A stretch of DNA of 50,384 bases from a virus (lineage: Duplodnaviria; Caudoviricetes): positions 1 to 50,384 of the IMG/VR virus record IMGVR_UViG_3300030117_004591. The stretch is one strand, 5' to 3'. The notes beneath the pieces were generated by a model. It did not search any database. It was not told the DNA's origin and saw nothing but the letters and a program-made list of their open reading frames with translations. How positions within the stretch are numbered: the stretch's first letter is position 1; every line of letters begins with the position of its first letter. Below are positions 18,183-28,611 of the stretch, one piece after another. A program made the translations under genes and the position numbers.

Positions 18183-19724
18183 TTATACCCAAAGGGCGTG
18201 TGTTTCAGGGCAGCACCATTCCATACCAGCTTCAGTAAGGATTTGGTCCACTCTACGATCGACTCCAGAGTTCTCTAAAGTTTGAACTCCTACGTAGACA
18301 CCTGTGTCTCTGTTAATACCATTACCAACTAATGGACGATATGCACAATACTTCATGTTAATACCAATCATTTTAACATTTGTACTGTCTAAGTGAACGT
18401 TTCTTGCAACATTCATATCACCATATACAGTTGAAATAGTTGAAATATCTACTCCAAACACTTTCTTCTTACCTGTTAGAGACATTTCTGCTCTTAGGTT
18501 AGGAGATTGCTCTAGATTGTTTTGGAAGTATCCAGATAGTTTATGCAACCAATTGTAAACTGCTGTATTGCAGAAAAATACAGTTGAGCCTGCATTGTTA
18601 TATCTAGGGTCTAACATTGCTGATAGATCATCCAAGAAATCGTCTTGTGTTTTTGTTGAAGTATTTAAACTGAATGAGTTTCCATAAGTAGAAATATAGT
18701 CAACAGCTCCTTGAGTTGTACCATAAGTAGCACTTTGAGAACCAAATAATAAAGAATTCTCAATATCCCATTTATGCTCAATAAGCTTTTCTTTCCATAT
18801 TCTAGCCCATTCGTTACCTTCATACTTAAGAACAGTAGCTCTATCTGTATTATTCATCACTGCTGATGTTTTCCAGATTTGAGTTTGTCCGTGAGCAGTA
18901 CTGTAAGGCTGATCTTGCCATGTTTCTGGGTAACCAGAGCCAGCAGCAAAAGCGCTACCTACTACATAAGTCTTAAAAGATTCCATGAATTCAGTAGACT
19001 TTGCTGTAGATGTTACAGTAGCATCATATCCTAAACCACCACCTGCAGTACCAGTTTCATCTGTGCTTACCGCTGAAGTAAAGTAAACTGAAGATGCTCC
19101 TTTAACACAAGTAGCATTTACAATTGCTTTATTTACTGTAGCAGATGCAGATGAGTTAACTCCTTGAGTATCTAAATCTACGCTATTAATTTTCCATAGC
19201 GAATATCCAGAAACTGTACCAGCAATAGAATTAGCATTGCTAGAAGCATGAGGTATTTTGATTAATTGGCCAGGAATAAAAAACTGAGGCTGTGTTCCTT
19301 CAATACCTTCTGAGTAATCTACTACTTGACCATATATATTTGTTTGGTTACCGTTACTATTGTAATCAGTAAAGAATCCAAAAGAGTATATGTCACCCGC
19401 TGATGGTGATAAAGCTGAGTCTGTTTCTACTCCTGTTGCAGGTACAGAACCAGCACTTGAATCATAATCAGCCATATAGGCATATCTTTTGGTATATGAT
19501 GAACGTTTTTCAGTAAACTTGAAAGACGGATCATCGGTAGGCTTCTTAGAGACCATACTAACAAACCTAAAGAACGGATCTTGAGCTAAAGCTAATTCAG
19601 ATACGTAATCACCAAAGTTATACTTTCGTCTTAACGCACCCGTATTTAACTGTACAGAAGATTCGCCTCTTTCTATTGAACCAGAAGTATAATTACTTCC
19701 AGTTACACTTAGACTATCTGACAT
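18183..19724 (-). CDS. Major capsid protein (HK97 fold, SU10/DUF5309-like) with a large insertion
   Basis: Motifs DPFFRFV..KKPTDDPSFKFTE, TQIWKT, EHKWDIENSLLFG, ISTVYGDMNV and DQILTEAGME; follows portal and scaffold. Confidence 0.9.
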   Translation of the reverse strand: MSDSLSVTGSNYTSGSIERGESSVQLNTGALRRKYNFGDYVSELALAQDPFFRFVSMVSKKPTDDPSFKFTEKRSSYTKRYAYMADYDSSAGSVPATGVETDSALSPSAGDIYSFGFFTDYNSNGNQTNIYGQVVDYSEGIEGTQPQFFIPGQLIKIPHASSNANSIAGTVSGYSLWKINSVDLDTQGVNSSASATVNKAIVNATCVKGASSVYFTSAVSTDETGTAGGGLGYDATVTSTAKSTEFMESFKTYVVGSAFAAGSGYPETWQDQPYSTAHGQTQIWKTSAVMNNTDRATVLKYEGNEWARIWKEKLIEHKWDIENSLLFGSQSATYGTTQGAVDYISTYGNSFSLNTSTKTQDDFLDDLSAMLDPRYNNAGSTVFFCNTAVYNWLHKLSGYFQNNLEQSPNLRAEMSLTGKKKVFGVDISTISTVYGDMNVARNVHLDSTNVKMIGINMKYCAYRPLVGNGINRDTGVYVGVQTLENSGVDRRVDQILTEAGMEWCCPETHALWV

Positions 19725-19785
19725 TTGTCTATCTCCTTATTATTTAAATTAAGTTTAGATAGACTTTAATATAAATTATATTAGT

Positions 19786-20724
19786 CTACCCAAACAGGTT
19801 ATCTACACTATCATCAAAACCGAGAATATTTTCAAAAACATTTCTGTCTTCACTTTTAGTCTCGCCTTGACTATTTGCTCCACTAGCAGAAGTAGGCATA
19901 TTTCGCACATTCTTCATCTGGTTAATCATATCCTGTTTGGCATTGTCAGCGACATTTTTAGCTGCTTTATCTTTATTTAAGAGAAAATGAACATCATTTA
20001 ACGTCATCTTATGTTGTTTGGCCTGACTCTTAAAAGCGTCATATTCTTCTTGAGTCATGTTTTTCTCTTGCATAAATCGCATTTCTTCTTCTTTTAGCGC
20101 ACGAGCTTTTTGCATTTGCACAGCTCTTTGTTGCTCTTGCTGAAAAATGGTATTAACTCTTTGCTGAACCATACCATCTACATGTGCATTCATAACTTTA
20201 GCACTATCAGAATCAGGGTCTGTCATAGCTTCTTGTTGGTCAAAAACAAAATCTTCACCAAGGTCTAATTGCTCTTGAATAGATTTTGCTGGTGGACCTC
20301 CATTTTGAAGATATTCTCTGACATGATTAACTAGCCCACTATCTTGCTTCATAGCATCGAGAACAGGTACAAAAGCTTCCACTTCTTTATACTTGTCTCT
20401 CCATCTAACGGCTTCTCGACTACTGTCTTTGTATCTTTTTTCCCAGTTAGAACCGTTACCTAACTGATCCACATTATTGGAGCCAATGTCTTGTGTATTG
20501 TGGGTTACCTGTTCGGGGCCACTTGTTTGACTTTGGGTTGCCTCAGCGTTTTCTGGCATATCTTGTATACCACTATTTACTGCATTTTCTAATCCGTCAA
20601 AAAAGGCTTGAGAGCCTGATGAAGTATTTTCTACTTCTTGTGTCTGGGTTGCTTCTGCCGATTCTAATGTATCAGCTTGCATTCCAATCTCAGGGTTGCC
20701 GCCACCTTGCTCTTGATCTGTCAT
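19786..20724 (-). CDS. Probable capsid scaffolding protein
   Basis: Acidic disordered N-terminus, WEKRYKDSSREA coiled coil; lies between portal and major capsid genes. Confidence 0.75.
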   Translation of the reverse strand: MTDQEQGGGNPEIGMQADTLESAEATQTQEVENTSSGSQAFFDGLENAVNSGIQDMPENAEATQSQTSGPEQVTHNTQDIGSNNVDQLGNGSNWEKRYKDSSREAVRWRDKYKEVEAFVPVLDAMKQDSGLVNHVREYLQNGGPPAKSIQEQLDLGEDFVFDQQEAMTDPDSDSAKVMNAHVDGMVQQRVNTIFQQEQQRAVQMQKARALKEEEMRFMQEKNMTQEEYDAFKSQAKQHKMTLNDVHFLLNKDKAAKNVADNAKQDMINQMKNVRNMPTSASGANSQGETKSEDRNVFENILGFDDSVDNLFG

Positions 20725-20763
20725 AGTTTTCCTCCCTATTTAACAGTTTTTTCCTTGCTTATA

Positions 20764-23100
20764 TTACTCAGACTTTTCTGAATTTTCCAAGCTATTTTTA
20801 TAATTTTGTAACATATCGTTAGCTCTAGCCTTAACTAGCTTACCTTCATTGAGAACACTGCCCTTAACATTATCCATCATTGCTTGAGCTTTTAAGAGGT
20901 CTTTGTTTAGCTTATTATTGCTAGCTAGTTCAGCTTTTTCTATGTTAGATTTAACCTCTTCTTTCTTTTTATTAATCTCAACTGTAGCTTGCATAGTTTT
21001 GTTTTTTATGCCAGCCTGTACAAGTTGTCTCTCAAGTGTCTCTATAGTGCCATCTTTATCTTTTAATGCTTCAGATAATTGACTTAATTGACTTTGCATT
21101 TGAGAATACATACTCTTTCTTTTAACGATACTTTCTTTGTTTCTTAAATCTGTTTCGGCTAATACGGCTATATCATCAACAACTCCTAACTGCATTAACT
21201 GTTTTAATTCTTCAAGATAAGCCCATCTATTAATAGGCAATGTAGAGCCTGATATAATTCTAACATCATATTTTAATGCAGATATATCCATCGATTTGCC
21301 CACAGCCTCTCCCATATCATTATATATAGGTATATTAATTTCTTGAGTTTTCCCTTCTCGTATTGCATTTGGCTGCAATATTCTAAATCTTTTATTAGCA
21401 GTATATGTTGCTTGACAAAACTGAAAAACAAGCTGTCCTAATTGTTTTAAAGCAGGTTCCATAGAAGTAGTCATCCATTGCTTTATTCTTCTTGTCCCAT
21501 ACTCATCCATAGCTAACATGCCTCTATACGTTTCAGCTCCACCACCACTATCTCCCATCATAGAGCTATATATACCAGCTAAATACTCCATATCTTGTTT
21601 ACCTTGCTGAACTATACTATAAAAAGCATTCGATAAAGGCATTGGTTGTATTGGTGTAGGAGGTGTTACTCCTGGTCTAATCGGAAGCAAAGCTCCTGGA
21701 CTAGAAGAATATTTCTCCCAAAGCTCTTCGTCTATCCCACCTTCTTCATACATCCATCTTAAACTACTACCTAAAGAAGCATTATGCACCATAATTTGGT
21801 GAGATTTATTTATCTCTTGTTGTTTTCCTATTAAAGGAGCTACTGCGCTCATAGGAAAAGGTGTTCCAGTCCATTTAAAATGAAACGGAACTATTGGATA
21901 GTCTTTTACAGTTTCAGGTAAAACTTTTTCATATAAAACTTTATCGCCCGCAACGCATGTTTGTTTTAATCTTACAGTGTAGAATTGAACACTATCAACT
22001 ATATTTTTAGCAAAACTTTCTTCTGCCATCATTATGTTAAATTCTTTTTCTGAAACTATTACATTTTCTATCTTTGATGCTTCTGATTGCAATTTGCTCA
22101 TACATTCTTGTTGGTATGATTGAAGTTGTTTCTGCATCATTTCTTGCGCTTTTGTAAGCTCTAATTGATATCTTTCAGGCAACATTTTTCCAGATTGAAC
22201 AGCTGCTTGCATTTCTTTATCTTGCTCTAAAAGCTGTACTTGCATTTCCTGTTGCATTTCTTTAACCATAACTTCGCATTGTTGAGCTAATTGCTTTAAT
22301 TGCTCTTCATTTGGAGGTATTCTATAAAATACGCTCATATTAGAAACTTTTATCTTCTCATATATTTCAAAAAATTCAACAAGAGGATCTTGCTTACCAT
22401 CTGCAGTTATACCCATTCCAATTTGCTCATTACTATCATTATAAGCAAATAAAGACTGGTCATCGTCTCCTAATGGTCTTTGCGAATAAGTTCTTTGTTG
22501 CTGTTCGCTACTATTAGAAGCATTAATTTTTCTTTTAGCATCTGGGAAAAGTTTAATTAAATGATTTTTAGGAAGTATTTTCCTTATCATTACGTAGGCT
22601 GCATCTTTAAAAAGCATATCTCTTGACTTAGGGTCTACATAAACATCAAAAGGTTCTGGTTGTTGCAATACAACTTCACCCATACCATTGTCTGCATCTC
22701 TATCTACAGTAACTAGCATATACCCTATGCTTTTTGTTATGCAATCATTTACAGCATTATTATATAAGGTAGAGCCATTAGAATGATTCCAGACATAATC
22801 AGCTAAGTCTGATATAACTGTAGCAACATCTGTATCTGAGCCATCTACACCTACTGCTTGCCATCTTGGATTATTTGCTGTTGCGTAAAAATTCAACATT
22901 TCTACTACAGGCAATATCCTGTTTACAGTAAATGTAGGCATTCCTTGTTCTTCTAAAGACTGCTTTTCATTAACAGTCAATTGATCGTCATGAGCAAATT
23001 CATAACCTTTTTGATTGATAGATTCCCACTGCTTTCTCGTCCAGCTATTTGCTAGATCGTACAGCTGTCTTACTTCATCGGCTCTTTTCTTTTTTGCCAT
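20764..23100 (-). CDS. Portal protein (P22-like)
   Basis: 778 aa; motifs PTFTVNRILPVVE, FDVYVDP, YPIVPF and KQQEINK; long C-terminal coiled coil. Confidence 0.9.
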   Translation of the reverse strand: MAKKKRADEVRQLYDLANSWTRKQWESINQKGYEFAHDDQLTVNEKQSLEEQGMPTFTVNRILPVVEMLNFYATANNPRWQAVGVDGSDTDVATVISDLADYVWNHSNGSTLYNNAVNDCITKSIGYMLVTVDRDADNGMGEVVLQQPEPFDVYVDPKSRDMLFKDAAYVMIRKILPKNHLIKLFPDAKRKINASNSSEQQQRTYSQRPLGDDDQSLFAYNDSNEQIGMGITADGKQDPLVEFFEIYEKIKVSNMSVFYRIPPNEEQLKQLAQQCEVMVKEMQQEMQVQLLEQDKEMQAAVQSGKMLPERYQLELTKAQEMMQKQLQSYQQECMSKLQSEASKIENVIVSEKEFNIMMAEESFAKNIVDSVQFYTVRLKQTCVAGDKVLYEKVLPETVKDYPIVPFHFKWTGTPFPMSAVAPLIGKQQEINKSHQIMVHNASLGSSLRWMYEEGGIDEELWEKYSSSPGALLPIRPGVTPPTPIQPMPLSNAFYSIVQQGKQDMEYLAGIYSSMMGDSGGGAETYRGMLAMDEYGTRRIKQWMTTSMEPALKQLGQLVFQFCQATYTANKRFRILQPNAIREGKTQEINIPIYNDMGEAVGKSMDISALKYDVRIISGSTLPINRWAYLEELKQLMQLGVVDDIAVLAETDLRNKESIVKRKSMYSQMQSQLSQLSEALKDKDGTIETLERQLVQAGIKNKTMQATVEINKKKEEVKSNIEKAELASNNKLNKDLLKAQAMMDNVKGSVLNEGKLVKARANDMLQNYKNSLENSEKSE

Positions 23101-23107
23101 TTTTCTC

Positions 23108-23179
23108 CTACTTATCTATATTATATAGCATGTAAATTGTACCCAAACTTAAAAAAACTAATGCCATTATCAAAGTCAT
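23108..23179 (-). CDS. Possible 23-aa single-TM peptide (MTLIMALVFLSLGTIYMLYNIDK)
   Basis: Fills the gap exactly between the 23180 ORF and the portal RBS; very short. Confidence 0.4.
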   Translation of the reverse strand: MTLIMALVFLSLGTIYMLYNIDK

Positions 23180-23551
23180 TTATAATCTTTTTAAATTATT
23201 AATAATATCTTTTTCTACAGGTATAGACTTTCTGGTACTTAAAAAATCAAACCATTCATGTATAGCTTTGTCTATCTTGTCTAACTCATCTTTGGTTTCA
23301 TATATTCCAAAATGCCTCATATCCTTTTCATTCCTCCAATCACCTTTGTGCATTGAAGGTACTAATACGGCAGGAAATTTATCATCTGGATTTTCTGCTA
23401 CACTAAAATACTGTGTAAGTATATTAGAGGCCTTACCTTCTTTTGTAAAGTTTTCAACCATAGGAAACTCTTCAAGACTTAGTTCATAATCCCCAGTATA
23501 TTTAATATCTTTACCAGTATCTTTTAACCATTGATCAAATTCTTTATTCAT
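23180..23551 (-). CDS. Hypothetical protein (123 aa)
   Basis: ORF coupled to the endolysin gene (4-nt overlap). Confidence 0.7.
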   Translation of the reverse strand: MNKEFDQWLKDTGKDIKYTGDYELSLEEFPMVENFTKEGKASNILTQYFSVAENPDDKFPAVLVPSMHKGDWRNEKDMRHFGIYETKDELDKIDKAIHEWFDFLSTRKSIPVEKDIINNLKRL

Positions 23552-23940
23552 TCTCTTATCTCAAAATGTGGGAAATCGTCAAAACGATTATCCTTTACTC
23601 TAAAGTCCATATCCCAATCTCCACCCCATCTTAACTTGATACCCATGCTACGAGCAATGCCAATAACAAACCCTGCAAAAAGAGTTTGTCGCTCCCTATC
23701 ACTCCAATCCACTGGATAAGGGGTGACGTCCACAGCACGGCTAGGGGAAGAATTATGCCTCCCATTAGGGAATTTAACTTTAGTTTTACCTTCTTCAAAA
23801 AGCTTGTTTTGTCTTTCAGCACTTCTATGTCCCTCCAATACAGAACAATCTACATATTTTATTACTTCATTAAAAACCTTTTGTAATCTTTTATCACAAC
23901 TGGCTAAGTTTTTTTTAGATTTATTTCCAAATCTAGGCAT
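23548..23940 (-). CDS. Endolysin, M15 family L-Ala-D-Glu peptidase
   Basis: Zn-peptidase motifs EGHRS..RQ..L, RHN...AVD, LRWGGDW and DFPHFE. Confidence 0.92.
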   Translation of the reverse strand: MPRFGNKSKKNLASCDKRLQKVFNEVIKYVDCSVLEGHRSAERQNKLFEEGKTKVKFPNGRHNSSPSRAVDVTPYPVDWSDRERQTLFAGFVIGIARSMGIKLRWGGDWDMDFRVKDNRFDDFPHFEIRE

Positions 23941-23949
23941 AATATCTCC

Positions 23950-25503
23950 TTACGCTGTTACCCAATTTTTTGGTGTTCTTTTTTTCTTATACCAACCTTC
24001 TTTATTTTCGCTTAATCCTTGTGGAGGATGCGCATATTTACATGCATACGCTAATGCATCAATTGTGTCATCATGAGCCATTCTCGGTCCAAATGTCATA
24101 ATTTCTCTATGTAAATCATATTGCGTTTTCTTTATATGAACCTGACCAACAGCAAATCTTTGAGCCATTATTTCTTGAATTCTATCTCTTTTACTCATTC
24201 TGTTGCCAGGCTTCTCTTCTTTAAATGGAATAATAAATTCATTCCTTCTTCTCATTTCTGCCCTTATAGCTTGGAATACAGGCTTACTCATTGTAGTATC
24301 CTCTATTGTAAATAGCTTAGGGCTATAAAATTTTGCATACCTAAAAATATGGTCTACTATACCAATTTTATCTGTTCCTGGAATACCAAGAACTGGCAAG
24401 GTTCTATCTCTTATGTAGTCTAATACATATATATTATTATCAGGAGTTATTGCAATAGCGATAATAACAGAAAAATCCGAATTACGCCTAGCTGAATCTG
24501 TAGCAGGGTCAACCCCGATATAAATACTGCAAGGTTTAGGGTCTTCACCATTAGGTAAAATATATGTAATTCCACTTTCTTCATCTTTGCTAAATGTTCC
24601 ATCCCAATATTTAACATGATCTCTTGTAAATATAGAGTCTTCTTCGCTTTGAACTTCCATCATATATTCTTGGTAAAATTTTTGAGGAGTCCCGCTATCC
24701 TGGTAAAACTTTTTCTTTCTTTCCATTTCCTTATGACCGAACCATGAAGGCCATAAAGGAGTTCCATCTTCTTGTAAAGCTTTATAAGTAACTACTTCCC
24801 AACTATAAGGAACTTTTTCTTTTTTAGACTGTTCGTAACCTATTAATATTTTTTGTATAAAAGCATCAAAATGAACTGGTGTTCCGTTAATTCTCAATCT
24901 TCCCGTCTTTGGTTCGAGCGCAGGGAAAACAACTGCTGTGACAAGATTACTGATTTTGGAGCGTGACTCAGCCGTGATCGTATTATTCTCGTCTTCAAAG
25001 TCATCAAGTACAATAAGATCATAACGCTTATGTAACTTGGCACCACCACGAATACCAGAAAGATTAGATTTAGAAATAAGCTTAGTCCCGTTTTTAAGTT
25101 CGATATCATCCTCTGTCCATTTTTTACCCTTTAAATCACCAAAATAATACCTAATTTTATCATTATACTCCACATGATACTTTATATAATCTAGATTAGG
25201 AATAGATATTTTTGAACTTGCAGCAACCCATCCATAAAACAAAGGCTCTGTAGTAAAACAAAAGTCACGAAGTATATTGCATTTAGTAAGAACCGTTTTA
25301 CCATGTCCTCTAGGCAATATAATCGCAACTTGTCTTTTCTCTAAATCTGAAAGCGTGTCCGCTACCTGATAATGAAAAAATGGTGTTTCAGATCTCATAA
25401 AGTCATCTGGCAAAAAAAGCTTACCAAAAGCAATCATATCTTTGCTAGCTAACTCTAATTCTTCTTCTACTTTAGATACATTATTAAAGTTGACATTAGC
25501 CAT
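23950..25503 (-). CDS. terL: Terminase large subunit
   Basis: Walker A PRGHGKT, Walker B IVLDDFE, coupling motif GTP, nuclease motifs GVDPA and HDDTIDAL. Confidence 0.96.
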   Translation of the reverse strand: MANVNFNNVSKVEEELELASKDMIAFGKLFLPDDFMRSETPFFHYQVADTLSDLEKRQVAIILPRGHGKTVLTKCNILRDFCFTTEPLFYGWVAASSKISIPNLDYIKYHVEYNDKIRYYFGDLKGKKWTEDDIELKNGTKLISKSNLSGIRGGAKLHKRYDLIVLDDFEDENNTITAESRSKISNLVTAVVFPALEPKTGRLRINGTPVHFDAFIQKILIGYEQSKKEKVPYSWEVVTYKALQEDGTPLWPSWFGHKEMERKKKFYQDSGTPQKFYQEYMMEVQSEEDSIFTRDHVKYWDGTFSKDEESGITYILPNGEDPKPCSIYIGVDPATDSARRNSDFSVIIAIAITPDNNIYVLDYIRDRTLPVLGIPGTDKIGIVDHIFRYAKFYSPKLFTIEDTTMSKPVFQAIRAEMRRRNEFIIPFKEEKPGNRMSKRDRIQEIMAQRFAVGQVHIKKTQYDLHREIMTFGPRMAHDDTIDALAYACKYAHPPQGLSENKEGWYKKKRTPKNWVTA

Positions 25504-25511
25504 TAATTTTT

Positions 25512-25700
25512 TTAATGCAGCTTACCTGTAATATTCATTAATTTTTTAAATCGCATTTGAGTTACTTTTTCAGGATTTAATTTAAAGAGCATAGATTCAG
25601 CATTTAATCTGTTTAGCTCTCCATAACCATATTTAATATTTGCAAACTCACTCTCGCTTTTATCAAACTCCATCCTTAGTTTTTCTATATTTTTACGCAA
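25512..25700 (-). CDS. Hypothetical protein (62 aa)
   Basis: TTG start with AAGGAG RBS. Confidence 0.6.
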   Translation of the reverse strand: MRKNIEKLRMEFDKSESEFANIKYGYGELNRLNAESMLFKLNPEKVTQMRFKKLMNITGKLH

Positions 25701-25848
25701 CTTCTTCTCCTTCTATAGGTTTATGGACAGCTTTTATGTAAGCTTGATTTCTATTTATATCGCTTAAAAGTATTTTATATCTTGAAGAAACAGGTATAAA
25801 ATTGTCCATAGCCTTTAATGCTTTTTTCATATTATTTTTTTTATTCAT
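25693..25848 (-). CDS. Small hypothetical protein (45-51 aa)
   Basis: MNKKNNMKKALKAMDNFIPV...; fills the gap and overlaps the next gene. Confidence 0.55.
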   Translation of the reverse strand: MNKKNNMKKALKAMDNFIPVSSRYKILLSDINRNQAYIKAVHKPIEGEEVA

Positions 25849-25849
25849 A

Positions 25850-26668
25850 TTAATAATCTAACCAGCTAGTAAAGTCAGAAAACATTCTTCCGTACCAAGT
25901 ATTAGGTATTTCAAAATCGCTTCCTTCAATTTTTTTCTTACTTATAGGATTTGTTAAATACATTTTTATAGGTTCACCTTCTTTTAGTTGTGATACATTG
26001 TACCTATTCTCATAACCTTTATACATTGCGTCTACAATATTATCAGTGCTAAGAGTATAGCCAGTATCTCCAACAGAAATATTAATATCATAATCTCCTG
26101 CATTATGATAGAAATCTTTAGCAGCTACATATAAATTATCTAATTTACTATGAATAGGTTTTGCTACAGACATTACAGCGTCATCTAAATGAGAAGCTAT
26201 TCCATGTTCTTCACTTAAAAGCCCGTGGCTTATAGGGCCTGGCCCAACTACCTTAACATATGGATCAAGAAAATCATATATAGCTTCGTTTGCCTGGTCT
26301 AATTTTTTACCATAATATCCAAACATAAAATCAGGTTCATCTAAGTTTTGAGCAAGCTTTAATGTTTCAGATTTTTTACGAGCCATATTATCTTCATTCA
26401 TAGTTAGTCTATTTTCTGTTTTACTTAAATTAAAAGCTTCATCTATAGTTTGAGGGCCGTATTCAGGAGAATTTGTATAGCCACCATGAGAAACTACATT
26501 CCCTTCTCTGTCTGTAACTATACCTTCAGGAATTACGTTAAGATTTTTTCCAACAAGCCTTACATCGTCTAATTTTAAATTTGGAGTTGTTTTTTTAGTA
26601 GTGTCGTCATCAACTAACATTACGTCATCTAACATAGTATCCATTATTAATCTTTCAGTTTTCGCCAT
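25850..26668 (-). CDS. Hypothetical protein (272 aa)
   Basis: Long ORF with GAGGAG RBS. Confidence 0.8.
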   Translation of the reverse strand: MAKTERLIMDTMLDDVMLVDDDTTKKTTPNLKLDDVRLVGKNLNVIPEGIVTDREGNVVSHGGYTNSPEYGPQTIDEAFNLSKTENRLTMNEDNMARKKSETLKLAQNLDEPDFMFGYYGKKLDQANEAIYDFLDPYVKVVGPGPISHGLLSEEHGIASHLDDAVMSVAKPIHSKLDNLYVAAKDFYHNAGDYDINISVGDTGYTLSTDNIVDAMYKGYENRYNVSQLKEGEPIKMYLTNPISKKKIEGSDFEIPNTWYGRMFSDFTSWLDY

Positions 26669-26679
26669 ACTAATCTCCT

Positions 26680-27561
26680 CTACTTACGTCCAAAAATATT
26701 ATCTTCTTGAAATAAATTCATCACATCTTTTACAGGGTTATATTTTGTTTTTCCTGCATCTTTGTCTGGGTTTCGATAATATCTACCAGAATCTTCGTCT
26801 TTTAATACAGATCTATATTCACTAGGTTTTTCTCTGCCTAATAATTTACCAAGATGCCAGCCTTTACTTTCTTTGTCATAGTCTTCAGCATAAAATTTTT
26901 GCTTTTGTTTATCCCAATCTCTTGCATCCTGTATATACTCCTCATCTTTCATAAAGTCTAATTCCTCACCTGCTTTAAAAGATTCAATTAGCTGAATTAT
27001 ATCTCTAATATCTGCTGAGCCTGCATGAGATGGAATTATGCGATCTTGATTGTATCGATTAGAATAATATGGAAAGGATGTTTCTTTTGGTCCAATATTG
27101 GGTAAATTTTCTACGTTTTCTCCATAGGACATATTTGGGTCCATTTCTCCACTAATATACTTGGTGTACATATTTTTCTCTAAAGGATAAGGTCTATATC
27201 TATCACTATCATAGTCATCTGGTCCAATAGAGCCAGTCATTTCAGTAGGACCTCCGTGCAATATATGGTCAATTGTATTGGCTATATTAACAGCGTATCC
27301 TGGAGCGTCTTGCGTCAATGGACTTTTATCCCAAGTACCCACGATCTCTTCACCTGTTCTTTCATCTACTCTCAAATATCTACTTGGAGATTCTAGCTCT
27401 TTTAATTGATTATATGCTTGATTAAACAATTCCAATTTCCTATTCTGAACATTGGGCTTATATCTATTCTCCCAAAGGTCTCTTGCAAACGCTTTAGTTT
27501 CGATATTACCCCCAAAGTCACGGTCTATATCATATAAGTCTTTATTTTCTCCGTACGCCAT
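26680..27561 (-). CDS. Hypothetical acidic protein (293 aa)
   Basis: Long ORF with AGGGG RBS. Confidence 0.8.
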   Translation of the reverse strand: MAYGENKDLYDIDRDFGGNIETKAFARDLWENRYKPNVQNRKLELFNQAYNQLKELESPSRYLRVDERTGEEIVGTWDKSPLTQDAPGYAVNIANTIDHILHGGPTEMTGSIGPDDYDSDRYRPYPLEKNMYTKYISGEMDPNMSYGENVENLPNIGPKETSFPYYSNRYNQDRIIPSHAGSADIRDIIQLIESFKAGEELDFMKDEEYIQDARDWDKQKQKFYAEDYDKESKGWHLGKLLGREKPSEYRSVLKDEDSGRYYRNPDKDAGKTKYNPVKDVMNLFQEDNIFGRK

Positions 27562-27639
27562 TTTTTCCCCTAGTGTTAAATTGTTAGTCTAGACCTGCTT
27601 CTTTTCTTAAGCTTTGATAATAGCCCTGATAACTCTCTG

Positions 27640-28392
27640 TCATCGAATCAGCCTGTCCTTGTCATTTGTTATTTCCTTAGGCCTTTCAGCCTCTTTTAAT
27701 TTTTCATTACTAAACCCTTGAAACATAGCTCCTGTTACTTGTGTAACCTGAGTTTTATTTTTATCTTCAAGATCCATTATATCGGATAGCTTGAACAATG
27801 CCTTTAAGCGGGTATCTTCTTTTTGTCCTGTTTCTGCTATTTGATGAATATTCCTAAGAATACTAGTTTCATTTATACCTAAAGCCTCTAAAACAGGTTT
27901 TAACTCTTCTTTCATAGCTGTCTTAATCCTTGTTGTTTTAACTAATTGTCCTGCACGTACGTTTGCATAGTGCGGGTCATTCGTAGGGAATGCCTTTAGA
28001 TACGCTGTACGTGCATCGATACCTGAAGCCAGGTACTGGACAAACAACTCCTCCCTACTAGATAAAGTCTTTCTAGACTCTATCCTCTCATCTCTATCTA
28101 CATTTCCTCCTATACTGTAGATATTAATTCTTTTAGATGTATCCATTCTATTCTTATCGGATACAACAAAGGTTCCAGTGCATGTGCCTAAGTATTCAAC
28201 TTTTCTAATCTTTCCCTTAGGCTTCATCATACTGCCTTTTCTCAGTATCTGTATTACACAATCATCGTCCGTCTTTACCCAATCACTTATATGACCATCC
28301 CTCCAGTCCTCTAGATAACTAATATCAGAAGGCACTTCCTCGACAGAATCAAATACAGTATGATTAATACCATTGACCTTGTAATGTCTCAT
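27640..28392 (-). CDS. Probable terminase small subunit with N-terminal extension
   Basis: HTH-like LSSREELFVQYLASGIDARTAYLKAF and C-terminal DTRLKALFKL helix typical of TerS; lies upstream of terL. Confidence 0.65.
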   Translation of the reverse strand: MRHYKVNGINHTVFDSVEEVPSDISYLEDWRDGHISDWVKTDDDCVIQILRKGSMMKPKGKIRKVEYLGTCTGTFVVSDKNRMDTSKRINIYSIGGNVDRDERIESRKTLSSREELFVQYLASGIDARTAYLKAFPTNDPHYANVRAGQLVKTTRIKTAMKEELKPVLEALGINETSILRNIHQIAETGQKEDTRLKALFKLSDIMDLEDKNKTQVTQVTGAMFQGFSNEKLKEAERPKEITNDKDRLIR

Positions 28393-28422
28393 CTTATACT
28401 CCGTACCCCGCTAGGGGTTCGG

Positions 28423-28611
28423 TTAACTTACTCCTATATCGTCACTATTAATGACATTTAAAAAATCTTGCATCTCACTTGGGATGTCTAACTCTTCATC
28501 ATCTACTATAAGTTTATATTCATCTTCATCTGAGAATTGCTCTGATAAATGAACTATTTCACCCTTAGTAGAGTCATAATATACTCTTAATACATATTTC
28601 TTTATTGCCAT
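28423..28611 (-). CDS. Small acidic hypothetical protein, first gene of the late block
   Basis: ATG with AGGAG RBS. Confidence 0.75.
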   Translation of the reverse strand: MAIKKYVLRVYYDSTKGEIVHLSEQFSDEDEYKLIVDDEELDIPSEMQDFLNVINSDDIGVS

